Positions 36,369-45,648 of a stretch of DNA of 51,707 nucleotides are shown in pieces (position 1 is the stretch's first letter; each line of letters begins with the position of its first letter). Made by a program: the position numbers and the translations under genes. The notes under the pieces are model-generated. The model saw only the letters and a list, made by a program, of their open reading frames with translations. It had not been told where the DNA came from and did not search any database. Origin of the DNA: Elusimicrobiota bacterium (GTDB taxonomy: Bacteria > CG03 > SLGR01 > JBDRKX01); contig JBDRKX010000091.1 of NCBI GenBank assembly GCA_043813605.1, positions 1-51,707 of the forward strand, in the 5' to 3' direction.

Positions 36369-37522
36369 GTTATTTCTCCTTTTTTTTCACTGATATCCAC
36401 ACGCATTTCTGCATACTTCTCCCTCCCGGCCAGCATAAGCACGACTATCAAAAAATAAATAAACATGCACTGGAGCATGATCAATGAAGCATTCAGCCAG
36501 GAGGCCTTTCTTATTACGAATGCTGAAAAACTGAATATAGCGGCGCAGCCCCATATGATGATCACTGAATGCGTTTCCGCGAACCCGAGGTTTACAAGCC
36601 TGTGATGAAAATGATCTTTACCCGTTACGGCAAACCATTGCCGCAGGTTCCGTACACTACCGTTCTTTATCCTGGAAACCGTAGTATAAGTCATATCGAA
36701 AATATATATGGAAAAGATCAGGAGCGGTGTTGCTACGGCTACCGCCGGATTCACCGCGCTCCATGAACCGGCAATTGCTATCGCCGCAAGTAAAAAACCT
36801 ATTATATTCGAACCGTTGTCTCCCAGAAAGACTTTTGCCCTGGGAAAATTATAGGGAAGGAACCCCAGGCAGCAGCCTACCAGTCCTATGGCAAGCCAGG
36901 AGATCTGCCTGGCGCCGTTTGAAAGCGCTATAAAAAACAGGGATAATCCTGAGACAATGGCAAGCCCGGCAGCCTCGCCGTTCATGCCGTCCATATAATT
37001 AAAAGCATTGGTTATACCGAGTACTCCGAAATAAGTGATCCCTATATCCAGCGCATCCTTGAGAAAAAAACCATTAGGAATAACCGTCACTCTTATACCG
37101 AAAACAATGAGTATTGTAGTTGCCGCGATCTGGATAAGCAGTCTCAGTGTAGCCGATAATTTGAATATATCATCCAGTATACATGATATAAAAATAAGAA
37201 GGACAGCCAGAAGAATTCCCTTCACCTGGGTTGACATATTGAGGTTTCTCGTCAGTGTTAGAAAAAAAGCTATGAATACTGCTATACCGCCTGTTGTGGG
37301 AATAGGTATCTTATGTATTTTTCTCTCTTCATCCGGATGATCCAGCAACCCGGCCCGGTGTCCTATGCTGATAGCCGGCGGCATCAGAAGGTATGTTGCC
37401 ATGGAAGATATTAAAAGGACATAAACCCATCTGATCCCATGGATATAGAACAGCGTCCCGCCGAATGGAGAAACGAGGTATATGAAAGCGGTGAGTAAAA
37501 ACAGGTATATGATTTTCTTCAT
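36365..37522 (-). CDS. Polyprenyl-phosphate HexNAc-1-phosphate transferase (WecA/TagO/MraY family)
   Basis: RKIHKIPIPTTGG, LDD, NAFNYMDGMNG, FLPYNFPRAKVFLGDNGS, HFHHRL; multi-TM. Confidence 0.9.
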   Translation of the reverse strand: MKKIIYLFLLTAFIYLVSPFGGTLFYIHGIRWVYVLLISSMATYLLMPPAISIGHRAGLLDHPDEERKIHKIPIPTTGGIAVFIAFFLTLTRNLNMSTQVKGILLAVLLIFISCILDDIFKLSATLRLLIQIAATTILIVFGIRVTVIPNGFFLKDALDIGITYFGVLGITNAFNYMDGMNGEAAGLAIVSGLSLFFIALSNGARQISWLAIGLVGCCLGFLPYNFPRAKVFLGDNGSNIIGFLLAAIAIAGSWSAVNPAVAVATPLLIFSIYIFDMTYTTVSRIKNGSVRNLRQWFAVTGKDHFHHRLVNLGFAETHSVIIIWGCAAIFSFSAFVIRKASWLNASLIMLQCMFIYFLIVVLMLAGREKYAEMRVDISEKKGEIT

Positions 37523-38145
37523 TACAGATTGAGACAGGAATCGAGAGATAATCTAAGAGGCATAAAAGCTTCCGCATATTTGACCCTGCTCTGGTATCCT
37601 CTGAATATTGCGCAGGATTCGGCGCTGTCCAGGATAGACAGTCCTTCGACCCTTGTTGCATTGATCTGCGATTCATGGGCTTTGAGGAGTTCTTTCTTTC
37701 GTTCCCACACATCCCTGATATCCATAAATACCGTAGGTGTGAAATCGATCGAAGTAGGCACTTCATAAAACAGCACATTGCGCCTGTATCTGGTCGCGGA
37801 CTGCAGGTTATTAGCTGTCGCCCGGTGATCCTGGTGGGTATCCCTGTAATAATTAATAAAGATGATAGCAGGATCTATCTCGTTGATTGTTTTTTCAAAG
37901 AAATCTATGCATTCCCTGGTATAGGGTATCTGTGTATCCTCATATTCTCCCCACCATATTTTACTTGCATTGAGGATAGCGGCGCTGGCTTCCTGTTCCT
38001 TTACCCTTCCTTCGCCGCCTATACGTCCTTTGGTGAGTATGAGCAGGTGTATGTCGTACCTCCCGGCGAGCTTGAGCAGAGTACCGCCGCAGCCTATCTC
38101 AATATCATCCGGGTGCGGAGCTATAGCCAATATGCTTTCTTTCAT
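37522..38145 (-). CDS. PIG-L/LmbE-family N-deacetylase
   Basis: AIAPHPDDIEIGCGG, DTHQDH, LKAHESQ, YAEAF. Confidence 0.9.
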   Translation of the reverse strand: MKESILAIAPHPDDIEIGCGGTLLKLAGRYDIHLLILTKGRIGGEGRVKEQEASAAILNASKIWWGEYEDTQIPYTRECIDFFEKTINEIDPAIIFINYYRDTHQDHRATANNLQSATRYRRNVLFYEVPTSIDFTPTVFMDIRDVWERKKELLKAHESQINATRVEGLSILDSAESCAIFRGYQSRVKYAEAFMPLRLSLDSCLNL

Positions 38146-38187
38146 AGTATAGATATTATTAAATAATATCTATTTTTTCAAATTTTT

Positions 38188-38871
38188 TTATTCGGAGCCG
38201 GTATCACTGAAAAGAGATGTCCCGCAATTGAAAAGATAATCTACAGCCGACATGTGCGAAATAAATCCGCTATAACACTGTTTATATTCCGGATGGATGA
38301 AATCCTGGTATTCAAGTTCTATTGATTCTTCGCTGAACCGATGTTCGTCCAGATACTCTGCTGCGCCGCGGCCGCTCAAGTATGTTCCAGCGCCTGTCTT
38401 TTTGCATATATCTATAATCCTTTCGGTTTTAGTACTGTTTATCCCGAACTGGGAACTGTATATATGAGGGGTATTTATTCTAAAGACATCAAGCATATAT
38501 TCTATAACCGCCATATTCAGTTCCCGGAGGAATTCCCTGGGAACACTAATGATCTTTTTCAAATCAGGAAAAAATCTGTCAAAAAAATCAGATTTAGAAT
38601 AATTGAGCTCAAGAGCCTTGATATGGTCCTCTCTCCAGTTGATGCTGTTATTGATCTTAACTTCATTTATCTTCTGCAAATAATTTCCTTTAACCATCAC
38701 CGGCGCTGTGAGCCATGCGCTCCCCTGGGGTGTCCTTATCCTGTTACGGTTCTGAAATTCCCGTTTGTTATACTGGACATCGTCGAGGACAACAAACCTG
38801 TCGGAACTGTTTATCTTGTCAAGATAACCCAGCCAGGGCATATATTGCGGCTGGTGGATACATATTTTCAT
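38188..38871 (-). CDS. WbqC-family protein (polysaccharide modification)
   Basis: IHQPQYMPWLGY, DDVQY..QNRNRI, YLSG.GA..YLD, MSAVDYLFN. Confidence 0.9.
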   Translation of the reverse strand: MKICIHQPQYMPWLGYLDKINSSDRFVVLDDVQYNKREFQNRNRIRTPQGSAWLTAPVMVKGNYLQKINEVKINNSINWREDHIKALELNYSKSDFFDRFFPDLKKIISVPREFLRELNMAVIEYMLDVFRINTPHIYSSQFGINSTKTERIIDICKKTGAGTYLSGRGAAEYLDEHRFSEESIELEYQDFIHPEYKQCYSGFISHMSAVDYLFNCGTSLFSDTGSE

Positions 38872-40004
38872 TCTATCCGGGCCTTTTCTTCCCTGTACAG
38901 ATCCATTACCTTTTTCATCATCTTCTCATCCGTATAGTTTTCTCTGACATATTCCCTGGCGTTTTTTCCCATCTCCAGCCTCTTATCGGGATTATCGGCC
39001 AGATACCGTATTTTGCTTTTAAGACTGTCTATGTCCTTATATTCAGCCAGAAGGCCTGTCTTTTTATCCTGTATAATATCAGATATTCCGCCGACATCGA
39101 AGCCCACTACAGGTACAGAGCTTGCTCCCGCTTCAATAACAGTCAATCCGAAACCCTCGACAAGAGACGGCTGTACGAGCATATCCAATGCAGGCATTAT
39201 CTTTTCAATGTCGTTTCTATACCCGCAGAATATAAACCTGCCGGATGAATTTTTTTTCTCAATATATTTTTTTAAATCCTCTTCATCTTCTCCCTCTCCT
39301 GCAATAAGCCCTCTTAATCCCGGATAAGCTTCTGCCAGAGAACTTATTGCATCGACAAAATACCGGTGACCTTTAAGCTTCACTATCCTCCCTATGATCC
39401 CGGCTACGACCCAGCCGGGTTCAATTCCCAGCTCCCGTCTTATCTTTATCCGTTCGTCATCACTGGCGCCTCTGAACCGGCTGAAAGTTATTCCGTCTTC
39501 TATTATTATATACTGCTCTTCTTTGCCGACCCTGTATTCAAGAAATTCCTGTTTGGCCCGTTTTGTCAGCACGATTATCCTGTCTGCGGAACCTGCCATA
39601 AGCCTTTCGGCAAGAACTATCATATTGCTTTTCAATTTTGAGAAATACCCGTAAAAGACGATCCCGTGCGGCTGATAGAATATCTTCCTGATACCTGTCA
39701 GGCGGCCGGCTATTCTTCCTATCAACCCGGCTTTTGATGTATGAAGATGAAGCGCATCCGGTTTTATTTTTTTTATCAACAGGCACAATTCGAAAACTGC
39801 CGCTATATCATTAAACAGGCGTATTTCTCTCTGCAGAAACCTCAATCCAATAATATCCTCTTCACAATTCCGAGGTTCGGCCTCCGATTTCCCGGATGCA
39901 AGATATACCTCTATACCCTCTTTTTTCATGCCGTTCACGACCTTACGGCAGATACTGCTTGACCCGCCCGGATCCATTCTTGTTATAACATGCAGCACTT
40001 TCAT
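38868..40004 (-). CDS. GT4-family glycosyltransferase
   Basis: MKVLHVIT, HLHTSKAG, GRI..LKG, PSLVEGFGLTVIEA, VGGISDII. Confidence 0.92.
   Translation of the reverse strand: MKVLHVITRMDPGGSSSICRKVVNGMKKEGIEVYLASGKSEAEPRNCEEDIIGLRFLQREIRLFNDIAAVFELCLLIKKIKPDALHLHTSKAGLIGRIAGRLTGIRKIFYQPHGIVFYGYFSKLKSNMIVLAERLMAGSADRIIVLTKRAKQEFLEYRVGKEEQYIIIEDGITFSRFRGASDDERIKIRRELGIEPGWVVAGIIGRIVKLKGHRYFVDAISSLAEAYPGLRGLIAGEGEDEEDLKKYIEKKNSSGRFIFCGYRNDIEKIMPALDMLVQPSLVEGFGLTVIEAGASSVPVVGFDVGGISDIIQDKKTGLLAEYKDIDSLKSKIRYLADNPDKRLEMGKNAREYVRENYTDEKMMKKVMDLYREEKARIE
39870..39887. repeat. REP-like hairpin copy inside the GT4 coding sequence
   Basis: CCGAGGTTCGGCCTCCGA, read as SEAEPR. Confidence 0.85.
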
Positions 40005-40039
40005 CCGAGGTTCGGCCTCCGATTATTCCTCCGATTATT
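40005..40039. repeat. REP-like hairpin abutting the GT4 ATG, with a 12-bp tandem duplication
   Basis: CCGAGGTTCGGCCTCCGA at 40005-40022; CCTCCGATTATT occurs twice. Confidence 0.9.
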
Positions 40040-40081
40040 CATTAATTCTATTTTATGGTCAATGATTCTCATTTTCTCTTG

Positions 40082-40100
40082 TCGGAGGTTCGGCCTCAGA
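40082..40100. repeat. REP-like copy inside the RAYT 3' end
   Basis: TCGGAGGTTCGGCCTCAGA, read as SEAEPP. Confidence 0.8.
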
Positions 40101-40526
40101 CATAAAACTCTTATATTTTTCAATATCATTATCAAAGTAATGCATGAGGTATTCTTTCGATAATAAAAAATCAAATTCATTATTTCCTAAGTAAAAAGGG
40201 TTACTTGACCATCTGTAATTCTCAAGAAAAACATCTATCTCTTGCTGTGTATATTCATCTTTTTCTAATAATTTTTGGGGATTCTGATGAATATATCTTG
40301 AAAGATGCACTAACTGTTCATCATTATTTACTTCAACTACCTTATATTTACTTTCAAATAATATCCCTTTCCTATTGATTTTTTTGTTGAAATACATTGT
40401 ATAACCCGTACCAAGTTTCTGCATAAATTTTATTATCCCGCCATTTAATGATTGTCTAATTAGAAGATGATAATGATTCGGCATAAGACAAAAACAAACT
40501 ATTTCTATTAAGTTCTTGTATTGCTT

Positions 40527-40547
40527 ATCGGAGGCCGAACCTCCGAT
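40527..40547. repeat. REP-like copy, inverted, inside the RAYT coding sequence
   Basis: ATCGGAGG-CCGAA-CCTCCGAT perfect 8-bp stem, read as IGGSASD. Confidence 0.85.
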
Positions 40548-40694
40548 TTTTGCAGATGGAGGATACTTATTGAAGCGGGCTAAATCATCAATAAATCTTA
40601 AATAATCCGCATCAGTTAAAAAAATACGACGTTTATCTACTCCTCTATTGTATATGTGATAATAATTACCTGTTTGGAATTTAGTTTTTCTCAT

Positions 40695-40730
40695 CCGAGG
40701 TTCGGCCTCCGATCATAGCCTCCGATCATA
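40695..40730. repeat. REP-like hairpin abutting the RAYT ATG, with a 13-bp tandem duplication
   Basis: CCGAGGTTCGGCCTCCGA at 40695-40712; GCCTCCGATCATA occurs twice. Confidence 0.9.
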
Positions 40731-41870
40731 TCAGTAGCGGAAGATCTCGGTACATCTCCTGCATACAGGGAACTTCTTCTCTTTCATCAATTGAGCCCTG
40801 AATCTTCCTGCTGTTTCTCCGTTCCATATCTCTTTGAATCCCGATTCATTCAGGTTGCCGAACGAATACTGAAAATTCAGGCACGGTCGCAGTTCTCCGT
40901 CAGGGAAAACATATACACATATCCAGGGCGATTTGCATCTGCCGGTGTATGAATCAGGGAACCATGCATCATCTTTATAATATTTTTCTATTTCTTCTTT
41001 ATTGAAATTTGGATATACATTGACCATAAAACTGTATTTGCTGCTCAATTCTTTTATCCTTTTAAGCGCATTTATCAGTTTACCGGTGTCTATTCCCGGA
41101 TCCGATACGAATCCCTCCCAATCACCCGCCTTCAGATCTGGGAACTTCTCCTTTGTTTCCCTTATGTCATTCTCTTCCAGGTATATAAGATGATGGAATG
41201 TTATCGAATCTGCTCCCATGTCATCAAGGACAGGCAGCAGCCTGTCAAGCTCCTCATAGTTATACCTGGTTATTGTCGTCTGGATATTGATAAGAGGTTT
41301 CTTACTATGCCTGACCCGTGCGACTTTTTTTATTCCACTGTATATCTTATCATATAAACCGTCTATGCCCCTTATCCTGTCATGCATTTCACCTACGCCG
41401 TCTATTGATATGTTTATTTCATCTATACCTATCTGGACAAGTTCTTCCGCGTACTTTTCAAGAAGATACCCGTTTGTGATCATAATACAATGCATACCAG
41501 ACTCTTTTATGGATTTTACGATCCTGATCACATCCTGATGCAGCAGCGGTTCTCCTCCGAACAGGGTTATGTTGGGTTTAAAGGAAGCAAGCTCCGCTAT
41601 GAGTTTTTCCAGCTGGCTATAATCCATTGTCCTCTTCAGCTCATCCTTGTGTTTTGTGACTCCCCTGTCTCCCCACTGCCCGCACATTTTGCATCTAAGA
41701 TTACAGTTATGAGTCAAAAATAAGGTAACTGCTTCCGGCAAAGGAGCAGTTTCAGGCTTTACCCTGTAGAACAGATCGGCTTTCAGCCTTTTGTAAAGGA
41801 CTTTCATGCCGTATACCGGCTGCTGAAAAAACTTTATCAGATTTCTTTTGAAGTTTCTCCTAGGAAACAT
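40731..41870 (-). CDS. Radical SAM protein with SPASM/twitch domain, probably sugar-modifying
   Basis: CNLRCKMC, GGEPLLH, CKSPW..GELRPC..CRRC; embedded in the polysaccharide operon. Confidence 0.85.
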   Translation of the reverse strand: MFPRRNFKRNLIKFFQQPVYGMKVLYKRLKADLFYRVKPETAPLPEAVTLFLTHNCNLRCKMCGQWGDRGVTKHKDELKRTMDYSQLEKLIAELASFKPNITLFGGEPLLHQDVIRIVKSIKESGMHCIMITNGYLLEKYAEELVQIGIDEINISIDGVGEMHDRIRGIDGLYDKIYSGIKKVARVRHSKKPLINIQTTITRYNYEELDRLLPVLDDMGADSITFHHLIYLEENDIRETKEKFPDLKAGDWEGFVSDPGIDTGKLINALKRIKELSSKYSFMVNVYPNFNKEEIEKYYKDDAWFPDSYTGRCKSPWICVYVFPDGELRPCLNFQYSFGNLNESGFKEIWNGETAGRFRAQLMKEKKFPVCRRCTEIFRY

Positions 41871-42994
41871 CTTTCTATCTCGTTATATCCTTTCCACGTC
41901 ATAAACGGATTCGTCGGAACAGTGATCAAGTGTTTAGCCATGCGTATGGCATTATCGTAATAATCCCTTTCCACCTTTATGTCAAACTGATCGAACAGCG
42001 TTCTCCCGTAAAGATAATTCGCTTCTATCCCGCCCTTTGTAAGTGACGACCTTATTTTATCTCTCATTCCAGGTTCCCGGACAAGTACCGGGAACCTGTT
42101 CCATACCACATACTGATTAGCAGATATCTTTGGTACTATATAATCGGCATGGGACATGAGGATAGTATGCAGCCTGGTTCCCCATTCGTGCCTGGTCTTC
42201 AGAAAATCATTTGAAATACTCAAAAGATAAGTACCCAGTTTCTGCTGTGTTTTCGTCATACTGTTCATTTCAAATTCCATTGGCGCCGGAACTTCCCTGT
42301 ATCCCGAGAAAATGTTACGGAACAGACCGTAACATTCAGGCCTGGAAAGATACGAAATACCGGCGGCTCTGAATTTCTGCATCATTTCATTACATATACT
42401 GCATGGCTTAGTGCCCGGCATAACTTTTTCTACTTCTTCTATAAGATTTTCATCATCCAGAAGGAGTGCGCCGCCGCCTGCTGCCGGAAGGTTTTTCCCT
42501 TTATCGAAAGAAAGAATAGAAGCCGTACCGAGACTGCCCAGCGGCCGGTTCCTGTACCTGCTCCCGAAAGCCTGGCAAAGATCGTCTATTATGAACACGC
42601 CTTTCCCTTCAGTTATTTCTTCTATAAGCTTGATGTCTTCGGGAATACCGAAAAGATGGACAGCAATGATCGCAAGTGTATTCTCAGATGTGATATATTT
42701 CAGGTGTGTCAGATTCATATTGAAACTTTTCAGTGACATATCGCAGAATTTGATCTTACATCCTGCCTGCCTTGCCGCTACATAGATCACATCAGGAGTA
42801 TAAGCAGGTATGATAACTTCTGTTTTCCCCGTTCTCTCACGCAGGAGCTTCAATATCAGATACAACGCTTCCGCTCCCCGGCCGAAAAAAAACGCCCGCT
42901 TTCGGCCCAGGATATTCGGTATCCTCACATCCAGATAATTATTCTTGCTGAATGCGGCTGATGCCGGATAAGGCGTACCGGATATAGGTATCAT
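41837..42994 (-). CDS. DegT/DnrJ/EryC1/StrS-family PLP aminotransferase (copy 1)
   Basis: EVIIPAY, AVHLFG, IDDLCQAFG, SFDKGK. Confidence 0.85.
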   Translation of the reverse strand: MIPISGTPYPASAAFSKNNYLDVRIPNILGRKRAFFFGRGAEALYLILKLLRERTGKTEVIIPAYTPDVIYVAARQAGCKIKFCDMSLKSFNMNLTHLKYITSENTLAIIAVHLFGIPEDIKLIEEITEGKGVFIIDDLCQAFGSRYRNRPLGSLGTASILSFDKGKNLPAAGGGALLLDDENLIEEVEKVMPGTKPCSICNEMMQKFRAAGISYLSRPECYGLFRNIFSGYREVPAPMEFEMNSMTKTQQKLGTYLLSISNDFLKTRHEWGTRLHTILMSHADYIVPKISANQYVVWNRFPVLVREPGMRDKIRSSLTKGGIEANYLYGRTLFDQFDIKVERDYYDNAIRMAKHLITVPTNPFMTWKGYNEIERCFLGETSKEI

Positions 42995-43626
42995 TTGGTA
43001 ACCTCCACCAGGTAAGCAGTCCTGAATATATCTATCGGGAAATACTCAAATTCGGAGCAGTTCATATTAGACAATATTTCATTTATAATTTTCTTATTAT
43101 GCAGCCTGATTATCGGTTTTGTGCTGTCGAAAATAAGCAGGAATTTGTATACAATCCTGAAGATAACATTGTTATTGTTCCTTATATCAAAATAGACTTT
43201 CCCTCCTCTCGAACAAACACGCATCATTTCTTTTATTACAGCTCCGACATCTTCAATGCTTTTCTGATTGTATACAGCATTCAAAAAAAACACATGCTGA
43301 AAGCTCCCGTCTTCAAAAGGCAGGGATTTTCCGTCTAAGAATTTAAGTTCCACATTTTTTATGTCTTCCAAAATAAGTTTTTGTTTTGTATATTCCAGTA
43401 TTTTATTCCAGCTGTCTACTCCAACGAACTTTGAATCAGGAAACTCCTTCGCGGCAGTTAGAAGAAACAATCCTTCCCCGCACCCCACATCCAGTATTTT
43501 GTCTCCGCTATTATAATTTTTCATTAAAATGGCCCGCGCTGTTTTTCTTACCGCTCCGGAAATAAACCCTTTGGAATAATCCTTCCCAACAATAAACTTC
43601 CTGATTTTAGTGTATAAAGTCTTCAA
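42991..43626 (-). CDS. Class I SAM-dependent methyltransferase (copy 1)
   Basis: ILDVGCGEG, LPFEDGSF, EMMRV..GG. Confidence 0.9.
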   Translation of the reverse strand: MKTLYTKIRKFIVGKDYSKGFISGAVRKTARAILMKNYNSGDKILDVGCGEGLFLLTAAKEFPDSKFVGVDSWNKILEYTKQKLILEDIKNVELKFLDGKSLPFEDGSFQHVFFLNAVYNQKSIEDVGAVIKEMMRVCSRGGKVYFDIRNNNNVIFRIVYKFLLIFDSTKPIIRLHNKKIINEILSNMNCSEFEYFPIDIFRTAYLVEVTK

Positions 43627-44866
43627 TTGAATAAATATCCCATGGGAAGATAACGGAAATATTTTCCGTATCCGCCGCTTCTTTTTTATTAAGACTGCAA
43701 AAAAATGCTTTTTTTAAACTGTATTTTTCCAAAAAGTAGTTTACGGAGGTCAAATATTTTTTTGAATAGTTGAGCTTTATCTCCAAAGGGACCAGTTTGT
43801 TTTCCGCGGGAAAATTCAAGACAAAGTCAATTTCATGACCCTTAATTGTCCTCCAGAAATATATATTTTCTAAATTAATATTTTTTCTCAGCAGGGAATA
43901 CATCCCGGTTTCAAAAAGCATCCCGGTTACTACTTTGGAAAAAGTTGTATTAATAAGTATATTGAGCATGCCTGTATCTTCAAAGAACATTTTTGGCATT
44001 TTTGTTAATTCATTTCTTATATTCTTATGGAAAGGCGGCACCCTTCTGACAATATATGTGGATTCCATGATAAAAATATATTCATCTATCGTATTTTTGG
44101 AAATTCCGACCGTATTTGAAAGCTCCGCCATATTAACCAGGCTTCCCGACTGTGCAGCCAGTATCCTCAATAGATTATTAAATTTATTAATATCCCTGAT
44201 GCTTCCTACATCCCGGATATCTTTTTTTATATAAGTGTTTATTATCTGTTTTAATTTTGTTTCTTTTTTCGCCGCATCTTCCTCCAGGACAATTGCCGGG
44301 TACCCGCCGTAAATAATAAATTCTTCATAGAGAGGCAGCAACTCCCGGTAAATCGCTTCAGCCGGATACGCCAGATCATAACTTAAACCTTTAAACTCCA
44401 AAAACTCTTTAAAATCAAGCGTAAACAGCTCGAAATCTATAGTTCTTCCCACTAAAGAATCCTTGAATTTCTTTTTAATAAGAAAACTTGACGAACCGCT
44501 TACAATAAGTTTCACATTCTCCTTATATCTGTCGTGGAATAATTTCAAAAATGATGAAGGATTTTCCAGATACTGGACTTCATCTATAAGCAGATAGACT
44601 CTTTTGGTTAAATCAGCCCCTTTGCTCTTAATATATTTAATAACCTCATCAGTCCCCCGGTTGCATATATCAAGAAGAGCAAAATCCTCAAGATCCATAT
44701 ATAGTATATTCGAGCCGATGGCTTTTTTAGCGATGTGATTATCAATAATATAATGCATTACGGATGTTTTGCCGACTTGCCGGGAGCCATGGATGGCAAT
44801 AATCTCCGTATCATCAATATACTTTAAAATTTGGTCAACTATTTTTCTATATTTTAAACTGCCCAT
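43607..44866 (-). CDS. AAA_14-type ATPase with DUF4143 / PD-(D/E)xK-like C-terminus
   Basis: GSRQVGKTS, LLIDEVQ, SGSSS..SLVGR, YGGYP, PK..FEDTG, EIDFV..LEIK. Confidence 0.88.
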   Translation of the reverse strand: MGSLKYRKIVDQILKYIDDTEIIAIHGSRQVGKTSVMHYIIDNHIAKKAIGSNILYMDLEDFALLDICNRGTDEVIKYIKSKGADLTKRVYLLIDEVQYLENPSSFLKLFHDRYKENVKLIVSGSSSFLIKKKFKDSLVGRTIDFELFTLDFKEFLEFKGLSYDLAYPAEAIYRELLPLYEEFIIYGGYPAIVLEEDAAKKETKLKQIINTYIKKDIRDVGSIRDINKFNNLLRILAAQSGSLVNMAELSNTVGISKNTIDEYIFIMESTYIVRRVPPFHKNIRNELTKMPKMFFEDTGMLNILINTTFSKVVTGMLFETGMYSLLRKNINLENIYFWRTIKGHEIDFVLNFPAENKLVPLEIKLNYSKKYLTSVNYFLEKYSLKKAFFCSLNKKEAADTENISVIFPWDIYSIEDFIH

Positions 44867-44889
44867 GGGATATTTATTAATGTATATAT

Positions 44890-44947
44890 AGCTAAATATC
44901 CGATATTTAGCTGCCTATACTATACTTTTTATCCCATATTAATGCAA
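44890..44947 (-). promoter_or_regulatory. Promoter plus palindromic operator upstream of the AAA ATPase
   Basis: TTGCAT-17-TATAGT (44947-44919), followed by AGCTAAATATC-C-GATATTTAGCT (44890-44912). Confidence 0.6.
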
Positions 44948-45030
44948 GAATTATCATTAATTCCATTTTACATTGTTATTTGGAGTTGTCAAAAAGAAGG
45001 TATCAGCGCCGGATATCGGAATCATATTTA

Positions 45031-45648
45031 CTATTTACGGATAATTGTCTTGAGTTTACCAATAACATTCGAACGGATTCTCTTGTTGGATATTTTCTCC
45101 GCCCATTTATCTACTTCCTTAAAACTGAATGATTTTGAGAAATGCAGCTCAGGAAAATATCCATACTGTTTTTTCTTACATGCAGAAAGATAAAGGCTGT
45201 CCGCAAGAGCCTTCTCCGGGCTGGCAATAAGGAACTCACCTTTTTCCCTGTACCAGCTGAAGCCGTCAAAGAAAGACGGCGTGATCCTGTGAACCTGATA
45301 ATCTCCCAGAGCGGTCCTGATTATCCTGCTGTGAGTTGTAGAAGCCAGAGTTACCACCTGGGGAATTTGCTCAATTATTCCATGCAGGTGTAACGCGCTT
45401 GTAAAAGAGACGTACGCGCGGTTCATCGGAAAAAGGCTTGCGATCAGCGTATATGGACTGACATCCTGTCTCTCTGCTCTTCTCCATATGCCCCTGTATA
45501 CTTTCAGGATTATTCCTGATTTTTCTAAATTATTAAGCGCCTGTGTTGTCGCGGATAAGGATTTTCCGGAAACATGGGATGCTTCACGTGTAGTGAATAC
45601 CGGGCTGGTGATTTTTCTGATAAATTTCAGGATCGGCTGTTTTTTCAT
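45031..45648 (-). CDS. abiEi: AbiEi-like type IV TA antitoxin / wHTH regulator
   Basis: VFTT..L.KSG.ILKVYRGIW, YVSFTSALHLHGIIEQIP, IASPEKALADSLY. Confidence 0.8.
   Translation of the reverse strand: MKKQPILKFIRKITSPVFTTREASHVSGKSLSATTQALNNLEKSGIILKVYRGIWRRAERQDVSPYTLIASLFPMNRAYVSFTSALHLHGIIEQIPQVVTLASTTHSRIIRTALGDYQVHRITPSFFDGFSWYREKGEFLIASPEKALADSLYLSACKKKQYGYFPELHFSKSFSFKEVDKWAEKISNKRIRSNVIGKLKTIIRK

Larger units (their letters stand above)
40059..40694 (-). mobile_element. REP-associated tyrosine transposase (RAYT, Y1/HUH family)
   Basis: YHIYNRG, CLMPNHYHLL (HUH), YFNKK, RYIHQNP, YRWSS; flanked by REP hairpins; AT-richer than its neighbours. Confidence 0.9.

Noticed and set aside
40059..40694. 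IS200/IS605 element with TnpB
   Set aside because: No tnpB; length and the NP/YRWSS motifs plus multiple REPs fit a RAYT
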